From Thermomicrobiales bacterium (GTDB lineage Bacteria > Chloroflexota > Chloroflexia > Thermomicrobiales > UBA6265): DNA of 32,339 nucleotides. Numbering within the stretch: position 1 is the stretch's first letter; every line of letters starts with the position of its first letter. Positions 25,083-32,229 of the stretch are shown one piece after another. The stretch lies in assembly GCA_041745115.1 (NCBI GenBank), contig JBGTJM010000016.1:1-32339 (forward strand). Reading direction: 5' to 3'. Below the pieces are notes generated by a model. That model made no database searches, was not told the origin of the DNA, and worked only from the letters and a program-made list of their open reading frames with translations. The translations under genes were made by a program, and so were the position numbers.

Positions 25083-26086
25083 GGTCGCTCAGCTCGTTCT
25101 CTTGCAACGGCCGCGACCTCCCAGATCGTTTCGATATCCACGGTGCCATCTGCCTGGCCGTCCTCTCCCTGGACTGCAACGGCGGTCTCGCCTGTGCGCA
25201 GAAAGTGATCGAGAACCTGACGCAGATCCGTGTCGGCACTCACAACGTGATCGATGCTGCCTGATTCCTCTCCTCTTCGCATCACCGAAGTAACGTCGAT
25301 CAGGCCGAGGCGGCGCAGCGCATCTCCGCCTCCTACGAGGTCGCTTACGAATGCATCGGCCGGATTCGTGACGATGTCAAGCGGTCTTCCCGACTGCACA
25401 ATCTCACCTGCTCGCATAACTACGATCAGATCGGCCAATCGCACCGCTTCATCGATATCGTGAGTGACGAAGAGAATGGTCTGCCCCAATTGCCGGTGAA
25501 TTCTCAGAAGCTCGCCCTGGAGGCGGCTCCGCGTGATAGCGTCGAGCGCCCCAAACGGTTCATCCATCAGCATCATCGACGGATTGACCGCCAGCGCCCG
25601 CGCCAGGCCCACACGTTGCTGTTGTCCTCCGGAAAGCTGAGTGGGATAGCGGTGCCGGTATTCGGACGGAGGCAGACCGATCAGGTCGAGCAACTCATCC
25701 ACTCGGTGATTGATCTCCTGCTTTTTCCACCCCAGCAGCTTCGGCACTACAGAGATGTTGTCTGCAACGCGCATGTGTGGGAAGAGGCCGGTTTGCTGAA
25801 TTACATAGCCAATCCGCCGGCGGAGCTGGGATGCCCGCACCGATTGAATGTCCTCGCCGTCCAGCAGTATTCGGCCATCCGAAGGCTCGATCAGGCGGTT
25901 CACCATTTTGAGCAGCGTGGTCTTCCCGCATCCCGAGGGACCGAGCAACACGACAAACGCACCGGGCTCGACGTCAAGTGACACTTGATTGACCGATGCG
26001 ATCTCTGCCCCGGGGTAGTGCTTTGACACCCGATCAAAGGTGATCGAACTTCCAGGAGCCTGGCTTTGTCGACCGTCGGAATCGAT
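25079..26086 (-). CDS. Compatible-solute ABC transporter ATP-binding protein with C-terminal CBS pair (OpuCA-like)
   Basis: Walker A GPSGCGKTT, signature LSGGQQQRV, Walker B MLMDEPF and a CBS-like C-terminus are present. I extended the 5' end to ATC 26086 because the conserved first strand ITFDRVSKHY lies upstream of the listed GTG 26029. SD GAAGGAG lies 7 nt before the ATC. Confidence 0.8.
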   Translation of the reverse strand: MDSDGRQSQAPGSSITFDRVSKHYPGAEIASVNQVSLDVEPGAFVVLLGPSGCGKTTLLKMVNRLIEPSDGRILLDGEDIQSVRASQLRRRIGYVIQQTGLFPHMRVADNISVVPKLLGWKKQEINHRVDELLDLIGLPPSEYRHRYPTQLSGGQQQRVGLARALAVNPSMMLMDEPFGALDAITRSRLQGELLRIHRQLGQTILFVTHDIDEAVRLADLIVVMRAGEIVQSGRPLDIVTNPADAFVSDLVGGGDALRRLGLIDVTSVMRRGEESGSIDHVVSADTDLRQVLDHFLRTGETAVAVQGEDGQADGTVDIETIWEVAAVARERAERP

Positions 26087-26125
26087 GGTCTTGCTCCTTC
26101 TCGGCTGCAGCGAGCGAACGTATCA

Positions 26126-26152
26126 GACAGGCGCGGAGTTACCGCGCCTGTC
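26126..26152 (-). promoter_or_regulatory. Intercistronic perfect stem-loop between the binding-protein and ATPase genes
   Basis: GACAGGCGCGG-taact-CCGCGCCTGTC (minus strand) is an 11-bp perfect stem with a 5-nt loop. No U-tract follows. Confidence 0.75.
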
Positions 26153-26176
26153 GATTGCTTCGAGAACAGATTGCCC

Positions 26177-27139
26177 CTAGCCGGCGGCGATCATACCTTC
26201 GGCAATAAGAAACTCGCGTGCAACCACGTCGGGTTCCATGGCTTCATCGCCGACCACCTGGCCATTGAGTCCAATCATCACTTCATCGGTGATCATCGGT
26301 GCAAGTGCGTTCAGAATCTCTGCAATCTCGGGATAGGCATCGAGCGCAGACTGCCGTACTACTGGCGAGACGTTGTACGGCGGCCAAAGTGCTGCATCGT
26401 CCTCAAGAACCACAAGGTCGTTGAATGCGATCTCGGCATCCGTTGAAAACGCCAGAACCACGTTCGCGTCGCCGTCAACCAGTGCCTGATACTTGATCCC
26501 TGGAGCAACGCCGTTGACGCTGGCATCGAACTCGCCGTATGCGGTGCGGAGTCCTAGAAGACCGTCTTCTCGCTCCTCAAAATCGACTGGCGCCGAAAAG
26601 ACGAGATTGACATCCGATGCCAATGCCACCAGATCTGAGATCGTGCTCAGGCTGTGCTCTTCGGCGAAGTCCCGCCGAACGGCCAGAGCCTGGGAGTTAC
26701 TCATCGGTGTCCGGTCGAGCCAGTTGAGGTCGAACTGCTCTTTGTACTCATCTCGGACAAAGTTGAACACCGATTCAGCCGTGTCGACAGCTTCCGGAGT
26801 TCCATCGGAACCGTCTCCACTGCCAACTGCATCCTCAACGGACGCTCCGAGCACCACGAGCAAACCGGTGCCGGTGTACTCCGGGTAGATATCCAGCTCA
26901 TCGTTGACCAATGACTCGTGCGCGATGACCGTGCCGCCGAGATTCATCAAACGGTCGACGCTGATCCCTGCATTTTCCAGCAGGAGAGCGTACATCTCGC
27001 CGATAATGATCGATTCCGGGAAGTCCTTGGAACCTACCCGCACTGCGCCATCCTGTGCCAGGGCGGGAGCAAACCGCGCTGATGCCAGAACTGCTGGAAC
27101 CGCGGCTCCTACCTTGATAACCGTTCGACGTGTGACCAT
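26177..27139 (-). CDS. Glycine betaine/choline/osmoprotectant ABC substrate-binding protein (OpuCC/OsmF-like), Tat signal
   Basis: SD AAAGGAG lies upstream. MVTRRTVIKVGAAVPAVLASARFAPALAQD is a twin-arginine signal. VRVGSKDFPESIIIGEMYALLLENAG...YPEYTG is typical of the family. Confidence 0.85.
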   Translation of the reverse strand: MVTRRTVIKVGAAVPAVLASARFAPALAQDGAVRVGSKDFPESIIIGEMYALLLENAGISVDRLMNLGGTVIAHESLVNDELDIYPEYTGTGLLVVLGASVEDAVGSGDGSDGTPEAVDTAESVFNFVRDEYKEQFDLNWLDRTPMSNSQALAVRRDFAEEHSLSTISDLVALASDVNLVFSAPVDFEEREDGLLGLRTAYGEFDASVNGVAPGIKYQALVDGDANVVLAFSTDAEIAFNDLVVLEDDAALWPPYNVSPVVRQSALDAYPEIAEILNALAPMITDEVMIGLNGQVVGDEAMEPDVVAREFLIAEGMIAAG

Positions 27140-27190
27140 GCTGGTCGGCTCCTTTCGCCCATTCAGGGCAATAACACGGGAATATCCCGC

Positions 27191-27937
27191 TCAAGTTGTC
27201 GATGCTGGAGGCGTCACAAGCCGTTCGAGACCTGCCAGCGATACCTCAGCAGTCAACGCAAGTAGAGTAACGGGTACCGCTCCGACAAGCAGTAACCTGA
27301 AGTCATACAGGGTAAGGCCACTCGTGATGAACCGCCCTAAACCACCTGCACCGACAAATGCCGCCAGCGTTGCGCTGGCAATAAGTTCGACAGCGGCGGT
27401 GCGAATGCCAGCAATCATCACTGGCAAGGCGAGTGGTAGTTGAACCTGAAAAAACACCTGAATCTCGTTCATTCCGAGACCTCGGGCGCTCTCGAGAACG
27501 AAGGCATCGACCCCACGCAGCCCTGCGTCCGCGTTGATGATCAGCGGCGGACCTGCCAGAAGTGTCAATGCCACAAACGCGAGGGTAAAGGACGTCGACC
27601 AGAACGGAATGATCTCGCTGATCTGCCTGCGGTATGGATAAAGCAGGAAGAGCACGGCAATACTTGGCACGACCCTTGCGGCAGCTACTGAACCTACCAG
27701 GACCGGCCCGCCTTTCCGCCAGCGAGACGCGAGGACGCCGAGTGGCAGGAAAATCAGCATGGCGAAAAGAAGGGAGTAGAGACTGAGCTCGATGTGCACT
27801 CTGAGTGCTTCGAGAAATCGCTCCTGATTCTCCTGGATGTACTCCCAGCTTTCGCTCAAAAGTTCCACGGTTGCTCTTGTTACCCCTCCCGATAGATTCC
27901 CGGAACCGCATACCACACATTTCATGCCACCATCCAC
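27191..27937 (-). CDS. Compatible-solute ABC transporter permease (second membrane subunit)
   Basis: The protein is homologous in layout to the 24441-25082 product (WEYIQENQERFLEALRVHIELSL versus FENWRRVLELTWEHIELSF). The start is uncertain (GTG 27937, ATG 27925 or an internal GTG). Confidence 0.8.
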   Translation of the reverse strand: MDGGMKCVVCGSGNLSGGVTRATVELLSESWEYIQENQERFLEALRVHIELSLYSLLFAMLIFLPLGVLASRWRKGGPVLVGSVAAARVVPSIAVLFLLYPYRRQISEIIPFWSTSFTLAFVALTLLAGPPLIINADAGLRGVDAFVLESARGLGMNEIQVFFQVQLPLALPVMIAGIRTAAVELIASATLAAFVGAGGLGRFITSGLTLYDFRLLLVGAVPVTLLALTAEVSLAGLERLVTPPASTT

Positions 27938-28060
27938 ATGAACACCGAAGATGACGACTCAGGTATTGATTAACTAGCGGGGTGTGGAGGCTGGAGTGAC
28001 GATAGCCTATCATGGGGTCAAAGGTCATGTTGAGCGAGGACAACTGCGAAGGAGACGACA

Positions 28061-28423
28061 TTGGGAACCGGGCTTAAGATCGCATCGGATTCAGTCAACG
28101 CACTGCCATTGAACGACTCGGCTACCTATTCCGGTATCGACGGAGCAAGTATTCAGACCAGGGAGCTTGAATCCTGGTCAAATGCTAGTGAAAGTGTCTC
28201 AACCGGGGTCTGGGAATGCGAGCCGGGTCGCTTTCAATCGAAGTTTGCAAAACATGGTGAGTTCATTCACATCATTAGTGGCGAACTAGAAGCAACGGCT
28301 GATGACGGCACCGTGACTACGGTGGGCCCCGGCGATTCGATGACCTTTCCTCCTGGCTGGAGCGGCGAGTGGCACGTCAAAAGCCGGTTGCGGAAACTGT
28401 ACTGTGTGTTTCCAGCAGAGTAG
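28061..28423 (+). CDS. DUF861 (cupin_3, EutQ-like) small cupin protein
   Basis: SD GAAGGAG lies 6 nt upstream of TTG 28061. GVWECEPGRF...GEFIHIISGELE...GPGDSMTFPPGWSGEWHV is typical of the family. Confidence 0.75.
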   Translation: MGTGLKIASDSVNALPLNDSATYSGIDGASIQTRELESWSNASESVSTGVWECEPGRFQSKFAKHGEFIHIISGELEATADDGTVTTVGPGDSMTFPPGWSGEWHVKSRLRKLYCVFPAE

Positions 28424-28584
28424 GTGTCGATTTCAGACACGCCTGCAACGCAACATGTTGCTCGCGACTGACAAGATTTTCTGATGATATTGTCAAGTCG
28501 ATTTTGGACTTAGGTGCAATCGAATCCCATTGCGGGCTGTCTTGACGGTTGCACAGGAGTATCTGATCGAATCGGAGTTGCGCA

Positions 28585-29094
28585 ATGCCTATCCCGTTTA
28601 ACTCCAAGGCCGACGTCATAGCTGCAATCGATGACGAGCAATCGAAGTGGAACGATCTCGTTCGTCGCGTCGGGAATGCGCGCATGGAGATTCCTGGCGC
28701 TGCCGGTGATTGGACCTTCAAGGACGTCACCGCCCACCTGTCATTCTGGATGGAACCGGCGCTATTGAAACTGGAATCGCTTGCGAATCAGGATTCGTTG
28801 GCACCTGTGCATCCCTGGCCGCAAGAGCTCACCGACCCAGACTCCATCAACACCTGGGCATACGAGCAAAGCCGGGACCGATCGGTTGATGACGTGCTAT
28901 CTGAAGCGAATGACGTGTTTATCCGGATGCGAACCGCATGTGAAGCCATTCCAGAGGAGACCTTGAATGCCCTCGACCTTTTCGACTGGCAGAACGGCGA
29001 GCCTTTTTCGCAGTGGATCGTAGACAGGCGCATGTTCAACCACTACTACCTTGAGCACGAAGAGGACATCAGGCACTGGATGGCCAGTCGCTAG
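28585..29094 (+). CDS. ClbS/DfsB (DUF1706) or DinB-like four-helix-bundle protein
   Basis: The N-terminus PIPFNSKADVIAAIDDEQSKWNDLV and the segment WTFKDVTAHLSFW resemble the ClbS/DfsB family. The subfamily is uncertain. Confidence 0.55.
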   Translation: MPIPFNSKADVIAAIDDEQSKWNDLVRRVGNARMEIPGAAGDWTFKDVTAHLSFWMEPALLKLESLANQDSLAPVHPWPQELTDPDSINTWAYEQSRDRSVDDVLSEANDVFIRMRTACEAIPEETLNALDLFDWQNGEPFSQWIVDRRMFNHYYLEHEEDIRHWMASR

Positions 29095-29146
29095 AAGACG
29101 TTGGGATCCGTTGTCGCTCCCGTACCTTCGCTGAAGGTGAGCAAGC

Positions 29147-30553
29147 TCATTCCAGAGCGTTCACGATCTGAGACACTAGCGACTCGACATGCCCTTCGTG
29201 CTCTGGCTTCATCAGAACGCTTCGAAATGTTGTCAGAATGTCGGTATCCCACTCCAGATCGTGGCTCCTTAGTTGACTCGGTGAGACCTGCAGGGTTGCC
29301 AGATAGAGTGGATTCTGCCGATCCTGCATCAGCTTTTCGAAGACAGCATTCGTGAGGTCAGAGATCGTGGAAGTTCTCCGAACCCCGAATGCGGGCAACG
29401 GATAGAAACACACGATATCGAGCTCCGGTTCGACCACAAGCTGGAGGCGGTCACTCTCATTGACCAGATCAGCCATTCGTCGCGCTGCCAGCAGGGTTTT
29501 CTGCAGTATTGGCCCGAATCCTGACTCGGCCTTAAGCGGAAAAGCCTGGAGAGTTGCCCAGAGCGCTGCCGCGGCGGCTCCAGGTCGAGAGCATTCCAGG
29601 CTGATCTCGCCGAGATGCAGGTCGCCCGAAGTGAAATAGGTGTATGGCGAATCATGCTGGTAGAAGCGTCCCACGCTTGCGTCCCGAAACAGTATCGAAC
29701 CGCACCCGTACGGCTGCAGTCCGTGCTTGTGCGGATCGACGACGACGCTATCTGAATCTGCGATAGCGTTGAATGGCTCAAGCGGAAAGTTGGTTGGAAC
29801 AGGCACTGGCGATGCGCCGTTTTGCGCCAGCGTGGCGAAAAAGCCCCCATAAGCCGCGTCGACATGCACTCTTGCGTCAAATGCTTTCGCATTCGCCACG
29901 ATCTCATGAATCGGGTCTATTGCGCCAAACGACGTGGTGCCTGCTGTGGCTACGACGGTTCCGATTTCTCCACGTCGCAGTTCTGTTTGGAGATGATCGG
30001 TGTCCATTCGGCCACGTTCATCGACGTTGATCTCGATACTCGCGACACCCAGGAGGTCACACATTCTGCGGTGGGTGTAATGAGCGGCCTCGGAAAACGC
30101 AATTGCCTTGCGTGGGTGAGTTTCACGCGAGATCCACAGTGCTTCCAGGTTGGCAATCGTTCCGCTCGATGTCAGGTGGCCCAGGGAGCTCTCCGGTTCA
30201 TATCCGAACATCGCGGTGAGCTGTCGAATGACTTCGATTTCCAGAAATGACGTGGCTGGCCCCCCATCGAGGGCATGAGCGTTGGGGTTGATTCGTTGAG
30301 CCATTGCATATGCAGCGAGAGCAATTGGATGGGGCGGTTTGAGCATTTGCCCCGCATAGCGGGGGTGAAAGAAGGGATAATTGTCGTGCAGGCGCTGGCC
30401 AAGCTCAGCAATGATCCTGCTGGCATCTTCGGGCGCAATCTGAAGCGCAGGATCCAGATCGAAGGTCGGCCAGCCGGCCTCCCAGTCAGCGATGAGTTGC
30501 TGACCCTGAATCAGCAGTTCGAGAATCTCGGTCTTGTTTTCATGAGTGGCCAG
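29147..30553 (-). CDS. Group II pyridoxal-dependent (amino-acid) decarboxylase, 5' end extended to a putative CTG start
   Basis: HLTSSGTIANLEAL, HVDAAYGGF and DPHKHG (PLP lysine) are present. The conserved FFHPRYAGQM motif straddles the listed ATG 30346, so translation must begin upstream. The frame is open up to the MFS stop, and SD AAAGGAG lies 8 nt before CTG 30553. Confidence 0.75.
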   Translation of the reverse strand: MATHENKTEILELLIQGQQLIADWEAGWPTFDLDPALQIAPEDASRIIAELGQRLHDNYPFFHPRYAGQMLKPPHPIALAAYAMAQRINPNAHALDGGPATSFLEIEVIRQLTAMFGYEPESSLGHLTSSGTIANLEALWISRETHPRKAIAFSEAAHYTHRRMCDLLGVASIEINVDERGRMDTDHLQTELRRGEIGTVVATAGTTSFGAIDPIHEIVANAKAFDARVHVDAAYGGFFATLAQNGASPVPVPTNFPLEPFNAIADSDSVVVDPHKHGLQPYGCGSILFRDASVGRFYQHDSPYTYFTSGDLHLGEISLECSRPGAAAAALWATLQAFPLKAESGFGPILQKTLLAARRMADLVNESDRLQLVVEPELDIVCFYPLPAFGVRRTSTISDLTNAVFEKLMQDRQNPLYLATLQVSPSQLRSHDLEWDTDILTTFRSVLMKPEHEGHVESLVSQIVNALE

Positions 30554-30556
30554 TGC

Positions 30557-31909
30557 TCAATCTCCTTTGACGGCGGAAACGGAAGCAGGTGTCGCCACGA
30601 CCTCTGGGTCGCTTGATTCGCCGCTATGCTTTCGGCGGCTGAATTGAGCAACCTCGTCATCGGTCGGCAGCAGCATCGCGAGAAAGATCGCTCCTGCCGC
30701 AATCACAGCCCAGGCGCGCATCGCATTCTGAATTCCGTAGACATCTGAGAACGCTCCCATGACCGGCACACCAATCGCACCCATTACAAATCCCAGTCCG
30801 AGAATAAGGCCAGATGCCACACCCTGGCGACCAACCATCATCTGCTGGGCCATGACGAGCAGAAGCGGACCTGTCGACGCAGCGAGCAACCCTATGAGCG
30901 CGCCCGTCACGAATCCAGGGCCACCGGGGAACTGGGCGAACAGCAGGATCACAGGTACAGAAAGCACCGATGACCAGACCAGCATTGGACGTCGTCCATG
31001 TCGATCAGCTAGTGATCCGACGCCTATTGTGCCCAGCGCGCTGGCTATCAGAACGGTAGTGGAAAGGAGTGCGTAGTAAAACTTCCCATACCCTAGCTCC
31101 GCGTACCAGAGCGGAATGAAGGCACTGATGCCAAAGAGAACCCAGGCCCTGAGCATCATCAGAGAGATGACGACCGACATGGGTTTCCAGGGGATCGGTG
31201 GTGCCGATCCATCCGCCGACGATCGCCGGTGCAATCGTTGGGAGATAGTACGCATTTCGAAGAGCAACCAGATCGCGATGAGCGCTCCTGGAACGATGAG
31301 CGCAATGGTGCCGCCGAGTCCAAAGAGCACAAAGATCACCGCCCCGATCAGGGGCCCGATCGCCACACCCAGGGTCCCGCCGGTGACATAGAGCGACATC
31401 GCCACGTTGCGCTGACCGTCGGCAATAACCGCATAGGCATTCATCGCCCCCATTGGGTGGTAGGCACCGGAGCCGATTCCCGCCAGGCCAGCAAGAACGA
31501 GTAAAACCGCTAAGTTGGGCGCCCAGCCGAGCAGTGAAAACGTGACGGCTGTCCACATCAGACAGAGACCAATCAGCCTGGTTCCTCGCCGATCAGCGAT
31601 GTAACCAAAAAGTGGCTGGGTGAGCGCCGCCATCCCGCTGTATGCCAGGGACACCAGTCCCACCGTCTTGAGATTGAGATCGAACTTGTCGGTGAGAAGG
31701 GGATAGAGGATTGGCAGCACGCCGGCGTACATGTCTACCGTGAAGTGACCCAGCATGAGGGTCATGAGGGAACGATTTCTCAGGACATCGAGGCGCCCGA
31801 CATTCCTGGGCTTGTTCTGTTCAGTCACGGCAAACTGCTGAGCCGCCTCTCGACAACGCTGGCACTCGGATGAATAGACGCACTCCGCAACCTCAGCAGC
31901 CTGCGACAC
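30557..31909 (-). CDS. MFS transporter (12-TM type)
   Basis: The protein is hydrophobic throughout, starting SLMTLMLGHFTVDMYAGVLPILYPLL, with an MFS-like loop ADRRGTRL between TM2 and TM3. The start is uncertain: GTG 31909 or an internal GTG about 29 codons downstream. Confidence 0.8.
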   Translation of the reverse strand: MSQAAEVAECVYSSECQRCREAAQQFAVTEQNKPRNVGRLDVLRNRSLMTLMLGHFTVDMYAGVLPILYPLLTDKFDLNLKTVGLVSLAYSGMAALTQPLFGYIADRRGTRLIGLCLMWTAVTFSLLGWAPNLAVLLVLAGLAGIGSGAYHPMGAMNAYAVIADGQRNVAMSLYVTGGTLGVAIGPLIGAVIFVLFGLGGTIALIVPGALIAIWLLFEMRTISQRLHRRSSADGSAPPIPWKPMSVVISLMMLRAWVLFGISAFIPLWYAELGYGKFYYALLSTTVLIASALGTIGVGSLADRHGRRPMLVWSSVLSVPVILLFAQFPGGPGFVTGALIGLLAASTGPLLLVMAQQMMVGRQGVASGLILGLGFVMGAIGVPVMGAFSDVYGIQNAMRAWAVIAAGAIFLAMLLPTDDEVAQFSRRKHSGESSDPEVVATPASVSAVKGD

Positions 31910-31982
31910 CTGCGACGGTCCATCCTACCAGCGCAGCTTTCTCAGAACAATCTGCGCTGTTCTCCAAGCAATTCAGGTCAAT

Positions 31983-32001
31983 TGCGTGGGTAGTGCGTGG
32001 G
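31983..32001. promoter_or_regulatory. Direct repeat TGCGTGGG-tag-TGCGTGGG (11-bp phasing), candidate transcription-factor site
   Basis: Read directly. It lies 74-92 nt upstream of the annotated MFS start, in the divergent intergenic region. Confidence 0.4.
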
Positions 32002-32044
32002 AATCGCTCATGTTCACTCAGCCCCGTCTGCCACAAACTGAGAG

Positions 32045-32125
32045 TGCGGTGACAAAAGGATGCGCCTGGACGCCAGCCCAGCCACATCACAGCCAGCATT
32101 GGAAACCCGGGCGCATCCGTCACCG
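32045..32125. other. Long imperfect hairpin (about 20 bp of pairing) in the divergent intergenic region
   Basis: GCGGTGAC-aaaa-GGATGCGCC-TGG ...37 nt... CCG-GGCGCATCC-GTCACCGC. Neither strand has a U-tract after it. Confidence 0.6.
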
Positions 32126-32229
32126 CCCTGTTGTGGACCTGAATTCACGGTGATCGGTGGCCAGGTGCCAGAACTCGAACGAACCAAACCGTTTTTCGAG
32201 TCAGGTAGAGGTTGGCGAAGGAGGCTAAG

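Noticed and set aside
27303-28061. 252-aa minus-strand ORF in an alternative frame
   Set aside because: It overlaps the OpuC-type permease gene in another frame. Its composition is Arg/Ser/Cys-rich, whereas the permease frame has clear homology to its paralog at 24441-25082.
30551-30559. TGA between the MFS and decarboxylase as a selenocysteine codon (tempting because a SelA-fold gene is in the window)
   Set aside because: No SECIS-like hairpin starts about 11 nt downstream. The nearest stem (GCUGA/UCAGC) is about 45 nt away and lacks the apical-loop features. The SelA-fold protein is the short DgaE type without the tRNA-binding domain. A Sec residue linking a transporter to a decarboxylase has no functional rationale.
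32045-32125. Reading the long hairpin as an intrinsic terminator or T-box terminator/antiterminator
   Set aside because: Neither strand has a U-tract after it. The nearby GGGCGGTGACGG only loosely resembles the T-box GGGUGGUACCGCG core, and I could not identify a specifier loop or AGAGA/GNUGGA elements.
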